A stretch of DNA of 61,240 bases, counting the filler. It is 9 parts of 9 records of this genome, joined end to end, with 100 filler letters (N's around TTAATTAATTAA, not from the genome) between each part and the next. Parts side by side here need not be neighbours in the genome. Positions count along the whole stretch, not along the records: positions 18,082 to 23,135 come from SRR31156797_95609; positions 23,236 to 28,289 come from SRR31156797_95950; 7 more parts are not named here. The stretch is one strand, 5' to 3'. Positions 19,654-28,389 of this stretch are shown one piece after another. Position numbers and translations under genes: made by a program. The first letter of the stretch is position 1, and each line of letters begins with the position of its first letter. The notes under the pieces were generated by a model. It made no database searches. It worked only from the letters and a program-made list of their open reading frames with translations, and was not told the origin of the DNA.

Positions 19654-20505
19654 ATGCAAGCAGAAGCGATTGACAAGGTTTGCCAGGAACCGGCCCTTCA
19701 GCCGAAGGAGTTCAAGTCCGGCTACAAGCCGATCTGGTGTCCCGGCTGCGGCGACTATGCGGTGCTGACCGCCATCACCAAGGCGCTGTCGGCGATGGGC
19801 TTGAAACGCGAAAACACGGCGATCATCTCGGGCATCGGCTGCTCGTCGCGGATCCCGGCCTATACCAGCGTCTACGGTTTTCACGGCGTCCACGGCCGGG
19901 CCCTGGCCCTGGCGACGGGCCTGAAGATCGCCCGCCCCGATCTGACCGTCCTGGTCACCGGTGGCGACGGCGACGGCTTTTCCATCGGCGGCAACCATTT
20001 CCTGCATGCCTGCCGCCGCAACGTCGATCTGACCTATGTGGTAATGGACAACCAGGTCTACGGCATGACCAAGGGCCAAGCCTCGCCGACGACGTCTTCA
20101 GCCTGGGAAGGCAGCAAGCTGACCCCGCACGGGACCGGCGTTTCCCCGTTCCATCCGATGGCGGTGGCGCTCGCCGCCGGTGCCAATTACATCGCCCGCG
20201 GTTATAGCGGCGATCCGAACGGGGTGGCGAAACTGGTCGCCGAAGCGGTCCAGCATCCCGGTTTTTCGGTCGTCCAGGTGCTCAGCCAGTGCGTCACCTA
20301 CCGGCCCGAGCAGCGCAATTGGAAAGAGATCGTGCGCAAGGCCAACAAGGTGCCGACGTCGAACCTGGCGCGGGCCAGCCGGCGCATCCTCGATGACGAC
20401 GGTTTCACGACCGGCGTCTTCTATGTCGGCAAACGCCCGCCCTATCAGCCGCCGACCGAAACCGACCGCACCGTGAGCGAGATCGAGCAGCGGTTCGTGG
20501 TTTAG
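19654..20505 (+). CDS. 2-oxoacid:ferredoxin oxidoreductase beta subunit
   Basis: WCPGCGD, SGIGCSSR, HGVHGR, TPP-binding GGDGD..IGGNH..DNQVYGMTKGQASPT. Confidence 0.95.
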   Translation: MQAEAIDKVCQEPALQPKEFKSGYKPIWCPGCGDYAVLTAITKALSAMGLKRENTAIISGIGCSSRIPAYTSVYGFHGVHGRALALATGLKIARPDLTVLVTGGDGDGFSIGGNHFLHACRRNVDLTYVVMDNQVYGMTKGQASPTTSSAWEGSKLTPHGTGVSPFHPMAVALAAGANYIARGYSGDPNGVAKLVAEAVQHPGFSVVQVLSQCVTYRPEQRNWKEIVRKANKVPTSNLARASRRILDDDGFTTGVFYVGKRPPYQPPTETDRTVSEIEQRFVV

Positions 20506-20527
20506 GGCTTCAAGGGATTTGACGGAT

Positions 20528-20565
20528 GCGGGGAGCGGTGGAAAGTCCGCTCCCCGCTTTCGTTT
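20528..20565 (+). terminator. Rho-independent terminator after the beta subunit
   Basis: GCGGGGAGCGG / CCGCTCCCCGC stem followed by TTTCGTTT. Confidence 0.75.
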
Positions 20566-20633
20566 GGGACGGAAACGCCGACAGGTGATGTCCGGGACTG
20601 GAATTGATCCGCGAAAATAGCTACTTAGGCGGC

Positions 20634-21323
20634 ATGACAACCCTGACCCCCCGCGATCTTGAGATCGTCCGCCGTGCACCGCTTTTTTCCGACGTCTCGG
20701 ATAATTTCCTGACGACGCTTCTGGCCGAAGCGCGCATCGGCGAGTATTCGCGCGGCCAGCTTTTGTTCCTGCGCGGCGATCCGGCCGAGCGCTTCTATCT
20801 GCTGCTCGACGGCTGGGTGAAGATCTTCCTCGATACCCCGGCCGGGGAACAGACGGTGATCGAGATCATGAAAACCGGGGAAACGGTGGCCGAGGCCGCC
20901 ATTTTCCTGGGCATGGCCTATCCGGCCAGCGCCGAGATCGCCGACGACGCCCGGTTGCTGGAAATCCCGGCGGCTCCGTTCATGGCGAAGCTTCGCGAGG
21001 AAAGCGGCCTGGCGATCACCATGCTGGGCGCGCTGTCAAAACGCCTGCATTTCCTGATCCAGCATATCGAGGGCATCCAGACCCATTCGACGCCGCAGCG
21101 TCTGGCCCGCTTCCTGGTCGGGCTGAGCGATACCGGCGAGGGCAAGACCGAGGTGCGGCTGCCCTATGACAAATCGTTGATCGCGGCGCGGCTTGGCATG
21201 AAACCGGAAAGCCTGTCGCGCGCCCTGGCGAAATTGCGGCCCTGCGGCGTCACCACCCAGGGCAGCGTCGTCACCATCGCGGATATCGATCGACTGAGGG
21301 ACTACAGCGAAGCCGGCGAATAG
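20634..21323 (+). CDS. Crp/Fnr-family regulator (Dnr/NnrR-like, no Fe-S cysteine cluster)
   Basis: cNMP-fold (LFLRGDPAERFYLLLDGWVKI), HTH SLIAARLGMKPESLSRAL; adjacent to nnrS. Confidence 0.88.
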   Translation: MTTLTPRDLEIVRRAPLFSDVSDNFLTTLLAEARIGEYSRGQLLFLRGDPAERFYLLLDGWVKIFLDTPAGEQTVIEIMKTGETVAEAAIFLGMAYPASAEIADDARLLEIPAAPFMAKLREESGLAITMLGALSKRLHFLIQHIEGIQTHSTPQRLARFLVGLSDTGEGKTEVRLPYDKSLIAARLGMKPESLSRALAKLRPCGVTTQGSVVTIADIDRLRDYSEAGE

Positions 21324-21342
21324 ACCGCGGGTTTTTCGACGA

Positions 21343-22536
21343 TCAACCCGGTTTGCCGTCCGCCCGCGGCGAACACAGGATCGGCGCGTAGGCAATCGAG
21401 AACAGGGCGAAGCCGAGGGTCCAGAGGACCGACGAGACCATCATCGCATCCATATACAGCCCTTCGAACGCGGTGCCGAAGACCCGCAAGATTGCGGCGC
21501 CGGCGATGCAGGCATAGCCGATGGCGACCGGCGCCGGAGCGAGGATGTCCCGGCCGGTGTGACCGAGGCCGGCGCGGCTCATCACCGCGATGATCGAGGT
21601 CGCGATGGCGCCGCCGGTGAAGGCGTGCAGGGCGGCATCACTAGGCAGCAGGCCGCCGAGATCAGCCGCCGCCTTGCAGAAAAAAGCGATCGGCAGCCAG
21701 GCGTGGCCGAGATGGATCACCCAAAGGATCGGCTGGCCGAGCGTTTTGAAGCTGTGCCAGCGGGCCATGCGCAAGGCCAATGCCGCGCCTGCAATGAGCG
21801 CCAGCACACCGGTGACGATTTCGGGCGCCCCGGCAATGTCGGCGATTGCGGCGATCGGCACCGAAACCAGGACCAGTTTCTGCACGCCGGCCGGGGTTTC
21901 GGCGGTTCTATCGAGACCACGGCTTTTCATGGCATTGGTCGTGAACATGGGAACGATGCGCCCGGCGATAATCACGATCATCATGACCAGGGCGTAGACC
22001 ATCAGCTTGAGGCCCGATGACGCGGTGTCTTCGGTCAGGCCCGCCGATTCGGCGTGAAACATCAGATTGGCCGCGAGCATGACGGCGAGCAGGCCGACGA
22101 CAAGGAAATTTCGTTTCTGTCCGCTGGCGATGATCGGCAGCGTGACGATGACCATCAACAGCGGCAGGAAGGCAAGGTCGATGACCGCGACGGTTTCGGC
22201 GGAAACGGCATCGCCCGACCAGTGCGCCGCCCGCCCGGCCAGCCAGACCAGCACGACGAAACCCAACTTGATGCCGGTAAGCGGCGGCGTGCCGGTCCAG
22301 GCCGGGACCACGGTCAGCAGGAAACCGGCAACCGCGGCGCCGGCGAAACCGAACAGCATTTCGTGGCCGTGCCACAGGGAAGACGCGACGGCGCCCGGAA
22401 ATTCGAAACCGTACAGGAAGGTCGCCGTAAAGGCCGGTACCGACAGGGTGGCGTAAATTCCGGCCAGCAGGAAAAACGGCCGGAAGCCGTAGGCGAACAG
22501 GGCGAACCCGGGCTGTCCGGCGGCAGGGGTGGGCAT
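21343..22536 (-). CDS. nnrS: NnrS family membrane protein
   Basis: GFRPFFL, WHGHEMLFGF..AVAGFLLT..WTG, GRIVPMFT, ALHAF, RAGLGHTGR, RADGKPG. Confidence 0.95.
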   Translation of the reverse strand: MPTPAAGQPGFALFAYGFRPFFLLAGIYATLSVPAFTATFLYGFEFPGAVASSLWHGHEMLFGFAGAAVAGFLLTVVPAWTGTPPLTGIKLGFVVLVWLAGRAAHWSGDAVSAETVAVIDLAFLPLLMVIVTLPIIASGQKRNFLVVGLLAVMLAANLMFHAESAGLTEDTASSGLKLMVYALVMMIVIIAGRIVPMFTTNAMKSRGLDRTAETPAGVQKLVLVSVPIAAIADIAGAPEIVTGVLALIAGAALALRMARWHSFKTLGQPILWVIHLGHAWLPIAFFCKAAADLGGLLPSDAALHAFTGGAIATSIIAVMSRAGLGHTGRDILAPAPVAIGYACIAGAAILRVFGTAFEGLYMDAMMVSSVLWTLGFALFSIAYAPILCSPRADGKPG

Positions 22537-22611
22537 GGGTTGGACCTTTCGGGTTGTCGATTGCGGTGCGGGTGATGGGCGTCATTGTGCCCGGCGCCGG
22601 GGCATGCTTCC

Positions 22612-22625
22612 TTGACGGCCGTCAA
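22612..22625. promoter_or_regulatory. FNR/Dnr/NnrR-type box
   Basis: Perfect palindrome TTGAC-GGCC-GTCAA between divergent nnrS and the FGE-family gene. Confidence 0.8.
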
Positions 22626-22700
22626 ACTTGACGGATGGCGATGCCATGGCCACCCTTGTTAGGGTCGTTCGGTTCACGGAGAAAGTCGGGAGGTAACGCG

Positions 22701-23135
22701 GTGAGAGCAATCGGTGTCAGCGGTTCGGCCGGCCTGTTCGGTGTGGTGTTTCTGATATGCGGGCTGGCGCAGGCGGCCGACAAAAACCCCGGCGATACTT
22801 TTTGGGATTGCCCGGACTGCCCGGAAATGGTGGTGGTTCCGGCCGGGTCGTTCATGATGGGCGCCGACAGCCGGTTCAAGGCGGAACGGCCGGCCCACAA
22901 GGTGACGATCGCCAAACCCTTCGCCATCGGGCGCTTCGAGGTGACCTTCGATCAATGGAACGTCTGCGCCGCCGAGGGCGTCTGCAAGAAAGATCCGGAC
23001 GACCATAAATGGGGCCGCGGCATCCGGCCGGTGATCAACATCAACTATGCCGAGACCATCGCCTACACGGAATGGCTGAGCAAACGGACCGGCAAGAAAT
23101 ATCGCCTGCCGACCGAGGCCGAATGGGAATATGCG
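22701..23135 (+). CDS. Formylglycine-generating enzyme family (NirV-like) exported protein, 3'-truncated
   Basis: GGGAGG RBS then GTG; signal peptide; FWDCPDCPEMVVVPAGSFMMG, ERPAHKV, FEVTFDQW, YRLPTEAEWEYA. Confidence 0.88.
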
Positions 23136-23235
23136 NNNNNNNNNNNNNNNNNNNNNNNNNNNNNNNNNNNNNNNNNNNNTTAATTAATTAANNNNNNNNN
23201 NNNNNNNNNNNNNNNNNNNNNNNNNNNNNNNNNNN
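23136..23235. other. Artificial contig spacer
   Basis: N44-TTAATTAATTAA-N44. Confidence 0.99.
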
Positions 23236-23236
23236 A

Positions 23237-23887
23237 GATATCAAATCCTTTATGGAAAAAAGAGGTATTTTTCGAATGATTGATGTGATTCAGGAATCGG
23301 GGTTAAGAGCCGCCGACATTGTTAATAGCATGCTCAGTTTTGCAAGAAAATCAGAGAGCAATCGTTCTTCCCATTACCCTGATCAGCTTATGGATCAAAT
23401 TATTGAACTGGCTGCTACGGATTATAATCTTAAAAAACAATATGATTTTAAAACCATTGAAATTGAAAAACAATATGCTGATAACCTACCGATGCTGCCC
23501 TGTGAAAGCGCAAAAATCCAACAGGTGCTGCTTAACATTCTACGTAATGGTGCCCAGGCCATGCAGACTGCAAAGATTCAATTCCCTCGCTTTATCATCA
23601 GAATCTACAGTGAAAAAATGCCGGCAATGGTATGTATGGAGATAGAAGATAACGGTCCCGGCATGGATGCGGAGACGCGATCAAAAGTATTTGATCCGTT
23701 TTTTACAACTAAACCTGTTGGTGTCGGTACCGGGCTGGGCCTATCGGTTTCTTATTTTATTATAACTGAGAATCATAAAGGCACACTGGAAGTCAACTCC
23801 GAGCCAGGAAAAGGTGCAAATTTTATAATCCGACTTCCTATTAATAGGGAGTTTCTCCCTGTTCCAGAGCAATATAACCCACTTTAA
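23237..23887 (+). CDS. Sensor histidine kinase, C-terminal part
   Basis: [15 protein letters not shown] (N box), EDNGPGM (G1), FDPFFTTK (F), GTGLGLS (G2). Confidence 0.93.
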   Translation, partial: DIKSFMEKRGIFRMIDVIQESGLRAADIVNSMLSFARKSESNRSSHYPDQLMDQIIELAATDYNLKKQYDFKTIEIEKQYADNLPMLPCESAKIQQVLLNILRNGAQAMQTAKIQFPRFIIRIYSEKMPAMVCMEIEDNGPGMDAETRSKVFDPFFTTKPVGVGTGLGLSVSYFIITENHKGTLEVNSEPGKGANFIIRLPINREFLPVPEQYNPL

Positions 23888-23969
23888 AATATAAAGCTGG
23901 ACAAGCTGATTTTTACACTTGTCATTGAATCAGACGGTAATAAAAATCTAAAAAATAAAGCCTAAAATT

Positions 23970-26495
23970 ATGTCTAAAAAACCTAGCTATGAAGAATTGG
24001 TTAAAAGGGTTAAAGAGTTAGAGGAAACCTTACATAAAAAGAGTTCGGAAACGCGGGTTGAGGCTGAAGTAAAAGACAAAGATGGGAATATCAGACCTGT
24101 AATTTATACAAAAGATGTGTTCCATGATGAAAACGGGAACATTGCCGGATTGCTTGGCGCTTTTCCCGACATCAACGATCGCAGACATGCTAAAGAGGAA
24201 GTACTTGCAAATAGACACTTTCTCAATAATGTTCTGGATTCCATCCAAGAGGGCATCAGCGTGCTGGATACCGACCTGAACATTATTAAAGCCAACCGAT
24301 GGATGGAACAAAGGTATATCCGGAAAATACCATTGGCAGGCCAAAAGTGTTACCGATTTTACCAGGAACGGAATTCGCCTTGCCCATGGTGCCCAACGCT
24401 TCAGACGATTCAAACGGGGGAAGCACATACTGAAATCGTCCCTTACTCCTCGAACGAAGGCCCGGCAAGCTGGATTGAACTGACCGCGTATCCGTTGAAG
24501 GATGAGTATGGAAATGTGGTGAATGTTATCAATTATGTAAAAGACATCACCGCATCAAAACGCATGGAAAAAGAATTACGCAAAGCCAATGATATCATTA
24601 ACCGGAGTCCGTTTGTGGCGTTTGTCTGGGAAAATGCTTCAGGCTGGCCTGTAAACTATGTTACTGAAAATGTCAATGAGTTGTTCGGCCATTCGGCGCA
24701 AGACTTTATGACTGGAAAGATTTTTTATACACAAACGGTTCATCCGGACGATATAGACCGGGTTGCAAATGAAGTCAGACGCTTTAGCCAGGAGGGTAAT
24801 CAGTCCGATTTTACCCATGAACCCTATCGGATTGTGACAAAAAACGGTGAGGTCAAATGGATATATGATATCAAACACATCCAGAGGGACACCAGTGGTA
24901 CGGTAACTCACTATGAGGGAATTATTTTTGATATCACCAGCCAGAAAGAAGCTGAACAGCAATTGCAGGATAGCGAACAGTTGTTGAGCAGCATCGTGGA
25001 ATCAATGCAGGAAGGGGTCCTGGTATTGAACCGCCAATTTGAATACACCCATTGGAACCGGAGCATGGAGAAGGCATCCGGAATATCCAGAACGGAGGTG
25101 CTGGGAACAATTCCCTGGGAGAAGTTTCTTTTTCTTAAAGGAAATATCGAAAAAGCAATGCGAAATGCCATGAACGGAGAAGTATCACATGATATTGAAC
25201 TCCAATTCAGATTGCCGGATGGAAAGGAAGGGTGGACATCAGAAAACTACTTTCCGTTAATCGGACCCAATGAAACGATCATGGGGGTTGTTGGGGTTAT
25301 TGAAGATATAACACTGCAAAAAATGGCTGCTAAAGCATTGGAGGAGAGTAAGAACCTTATATCCAATATCATTAATTCCATGCCGTCAGCACTGGTGGGG
25401 GTGGATATCGATGAAAAGGTCACTCTGTGGAATAAAACCGTGGAGCAAACAACGGGAATTAAAGCCATGGAGGCCCAAGGCAAGAGACTTTCGGAATTAG
25501 CACCCGGGATGATTTCGGAAACATCACGTATCTTTGAAAGTATCCAGACCGCCCAAATCGTTCAGGAGCAGAAAAGAATGCGAGTTTTAGAAGACGGCAA
25601 TTGTTACGAAGATGTGACAATTTATCCTCTGATTTCCAACGGCGTTGAGGGAGCGGTCATCCGGGTGGATGATGTCACCGAACGTGTGCGAATGGAAGAG
25701 ATGATGATTCAAAGCGAAAAAATCATGTCAGTTGGTGGCCTGGCAGCGGGCATGGCTCATGAAATAAACAATCCTTTGGCTGGAATGATTCAGACTGCCA
25801 AGGTAATGAAGTCCAGGTTGGAAGACCTGGAGATGAGAGCAAATCTTATAGCCGCTGACGAAATCGGTGTGTCCATGGACCAGGTCAGGGCGTTTATGGA
25901 AAAAAGAAACATCCTGAGGATGGTGGACACCATTAATGAATCCGGCCGGCGGGTGGCTAAAATCGTTGATAATATGCTTAGCTTTGCCAGAAAATCAGAT
26001 GCCACTGTTTCAACTTTTCACCCGGCCCAACTCATGGACAAAGTTCTTGAACTTGCTTCTACGGATTATGACCTGAAAAAGCAGTATGACTTCAAAAAAA
26101 TCAAAATTATTAAGGAATATGAAGAGGGTCTGCTTAGTATCCGCTGTGAAGAGGCAAAGATCCAGCAAGTGCTGCTGAATATCTTTCGTAATGGTGCCCA
26201 GGCTATGCAGTCTCAAAATATGGATAATGATTATACGCCCTGCTTTGTTTTAAGGCTGATTAGAGAAGAAAGCATGTTGAGAATTGAGATTGAGGATAAC
26301 GGTCCGGGAATGGAAAAGGAAATCCAGTCAAGAGTTTTCGAACCATTTTTCACTACGAAACATCCGGGTGTTGGAACCGGGCTCGGATTATCTGTTTCAT
26401 ATTTCATTATTACACAAAATCATGGTGGAACCATGGATGTGATTTCTTCATTGGGAAAAGGATCGAATTTTATTATACGGTTACCACTGAGCTAA
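23970..26495 (+). CDS. Cytoplasmic multi-PAS sensor histidine kinase
   Basis: N-terminal KPSYEELVKRVKELE coil, several PAS/PAC units, H box AGMAHEINNPL, N/G1/F/G2 boxes. Confidence 0.95.
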   Translation: MSKKPSYEELVKRVKELEETLHKKSSETRVEAEVKDKDGNIRPVIYTKDVFHDENGNIAGLLGAFPDINDRRHAKEEVLANRHFLNNVLDSIQEGISVLDTDLNIIKANRWMEQRYIRKIPLAGQKCYRFYQERNSPCPWCPTLQTIQTGEAHTEIVPYSSNEGPASWIELTAYPLKDEYGNVVNVINYVKDITASKRMEKELRKANDIINRSPFVAFVWENASGWPVNYVTENVNELFGHSAQDFMTGKIFYTQTVHPDDIDRVANEVRRFSQEGNQSDFTHEPYRIVTKNGEVKWIYDIKHIQRDTSGTVTHYEGIIFDITSQKEAEQQLQDSEQLLSSIVESMQEGVLVLNRQFEYTHWNRSMEKASGISRTEVLGTIPWEKFLFLKGNIEKAMRNAMNGEVSHDIELQFRLPDGKEGWTSENYFPLIGPNETIMGVVGVIEDITLQKMAAKALEESKNLISNIINSMPSALVGVDIDEKVTLWNKTVEQTTGIKAMEAQGKRLSELAPGMISETSRIFESIQTAQIVQEQKRMRVLEDGNCYEDVTIYPLISNGVEGAVIRVDDVTERVRMEEMMIQSEKIMSVGGLAAGMAHEINNPLAGMIQTAKVMKSRLEDLEMRANLIAADEIGVSMDQVRAFMEKRNILRMVDTINESGRRVAKIVDNMLSFARKSDATVSTFHPAQLMDKVLELASTDYDLKKQYDFKKIKIIKEYEEGLLSIRCEEAKIQQVLLNIFRNGAQAMQSQNMDNDYTPCFVLRLIREESMLRIEIEDNGPGMEKEIQSRVFEPFFTTKHPGVGTGLGLSVSYFIITQNHGGTMDVISSLGKGSNFIIRLPLS

Positions 26496-26595
26496 AATAT
26501 GCATTCTATTTGGTGGTGATGAGTTGAAACTGTTATCAATTTGAGGGCTCAAATTGATAGTCAATTTATTTATATTCTGGGAGCACGATAAAAAA

Positions 26596-27849
26596 ATGAA
26601 AACCTTCGCGGAAAAAAAACAGGATCAAACGGAGAGAAAAACTACATATCCCGCATCTCCCGTTCCAGCTGTTGACCGGCAAACCCAGGAAACCATGCGT
26701 GCGTTGCTGGATTCCGGTTCCATTGGGGCCAAGCTTAAGGTCGGAGCGGCGGATGACCCTGCTGAGTATGAAGCCGACCGCATGGCTGACGCTGTGGTGA
26801 ATGGGAATGCAGTCTCGACACAATTACAAAGCTTTCGTGCACCTGTAGCGGCTAAGGCGCGTTCTGCCGAAACTGCCTCTTTCCTTTCTGATGCAAAAGG
26901 CGGCGCAGGACGAAGTCTTACAACTTCTGAAGCCAATTATTTTGAATCACGTTTTAATTCGGATTTCACCCACCTGCGCATTCATGACTCCTTAAAAGCA
27001 TCACAAGCCGCATCATCCATCAACGCCCGCGCCTTTACCCATGGATCGGATATTTATTTGAACCGGGGGGAATATTCATTCAACAATCAAAGCGGTAAGC
27101 GCCTGATGGCCCATGAACTGGCGCATACACTGCAAGGGAATTGTCATGGACGAGTTTGCCGAAGTCCGGTTGATGATGCGCCGACTCGATATAGGAAAAA
27201 ACGCCCTAAACGATTTGCCAATGAAAAGGAAATTGAGGTGCTCTTGGGATGTCTTTCAGCTCCGGAATTGGTTGATATGGGAGTCATTGAACAATCAATG
27301 TTTGCCCAGGCTTTGAGTATATACAGTGACTTTATACAAGTCGCTGAAATTGGATTTACAGCCCTGGAGTATGCATTCGGTGCATCTAAATTAGCGGTTG
27401 GACCCGTGGCCGGGGCGATGGCCACTTTTACCGGGGCAATTGGAATCGTTTTGACGACGATTGGTATGGCTTGGGATTTTATCAGGGCCTCTGGTACGGA
27501 TAAGGATATTTTACGGATACTGGCTTTTGTGGAATCGTTGGTGAATATAGCGAATAATAAACCGTTACCCGAAATTCATGATTACCAGCTTTCCTTCGGG
27601 GACAGGGAAGATAAAAAAACAGCCTGGCAGGAAGGGGTCGGCGGGTATAAAAAGTTTATGGCAAAGAAACCCAAGGAAGCGAAGATATTTTTATTGTATA
27701 TAGCAATGTCTGATCCTGATTGGGTTCGTCAGGAGCTGTTTGAACTGCTTGCTAAAGCCGGTCTTGATAAAAGGGTGTATGCTATTGTTGTAAACAAAAA
27801 ATTGAGTGAGCTTGCTTTGGAAGCGATGAGTGTACACGAAGAAATGTGA
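26596..27849 (+). CDS. DUF4157 (eCIS core domain) protein with unknown C-terminal domain
   Basis: LKVGAADDPAEYEADRMADAV, FESRF..DF..LRIH, INARAFTHGSDIY, GKRLMAHELAHTLQ. Confidence 0.88.
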   Translation: MKTFAEKKQDQTERKTTYPASPVPAVDRQTQETMRALLDSGSIGAKLKVGAADDPAEYEADRMADAVVNGNAVSTQLQSFRAPVAAKARSAETASFLSDAKGGAGRSLTTSEANYFESRFNSDFTHLRIHDSLKASQAASSINARAFTHGSDIYLNRGEYSFNNQSGKRLMAHELAHTLQGNCHGRVCRSPVDDAPTRYRKKRPKRFANEKEIEVLLGCLSAPELVDMGVIEQSMFAQALSIYSDFIQVAEIGFTALEYAFGASKLAVGPVAGAMATFTGAIGIVLTTIGMAWDFIRASGTDKDILRILAFVESLVNIANNKPLPEIHDYQLSFGDREDKKTAWQEGVGGYKKFMAKKPKEAKIFLLYIAMSDPDWVRQELFELLAKAGLDKRVYAIVVNKKLSELALEAMSVHEEM

Positions 27850-27889
27850 TTAATACTGTTAATAATAAAGAAATGAAAAGGAAAGTGAA

Positions 27890-28222
27890 ATGAAAATTGA
27901 TTGGGCGTACATTAGAAAAGGCTGAGTTTCCTGTACAAAGGCTCAAAAGTATTTTGAGGAAAATGGAATTGAGGTGGCGGAAATCGTCAATGCAAGAAAG
28001 GAAAAAATCGACCATGACCGTGCCTGGGAATTGATCGGCTCCCAAGCCCAGGCTTTTATTGGAAAAGGAAAAAAGGTGCTGGCGTTTCAGCCCGGGGAGG
28101 AAAATCGGGAAGAAATTCTCAAGGCAGCCATGGGACGGTCCGGAAATCTTCGAGCCCCCGCCCTGAAATCCGGGGAGCGGATGTTTATCGGGTTTAACGA
28201 AGAAATGTATAACAATTTATAG
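27890..28222 (+). CDS. ArsC/Spx-like thioredoxin-fold selenoprotein (UxxC), in-frame TGA at 27923-27925
   Basis: MKIDWAYIRKG-TGA-VSCTKAQ.. is in frame with the track ORF 27974-28222 (NARKEKI, GRSGNLRAPAL, GFNEEMY); AAGGA RBS before ATG 27890. Confidence 0.85.
27926..27962 (+). promoter_or_regulatory. Candidate bacterial SECIS hairpin
   Basis: Upper stem CTCAAAA/TTTTGAG with a G-containing loop ~23 nt after the TGA; lower TTTC/GAAA pairing. Confidence 0.6.
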
Positions 28223-28289
28223 GCTGTATAGATTGCGGCCGGTTACCTCCTTTGTTAACTTGTGACCAACGAAGTAATCGGCAAAATTT

Positions 28290-28389
28290 NNNNNNNNNNN
28301 NNNNNNNNNNNNNNNNNNNNNNNNNNNNNNNNNTTAATTAATTAANNNNNNNNNNNNNNNNNNNNNNNNNNNNNNNNNNNNNNNNNNNN
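28290..28389. other. Artificial contig spacer
   Basis: N44-TTAATTAATTAA-N44. Confidence 0.99.

Noticed and set aside
18222-19676. Long antisense ORFs (also 6844-8091, 10323-11303, 28562-29788, 31200-32501)
   Set aside because: Shadow frames of well-supported genes, caused by codon bias.
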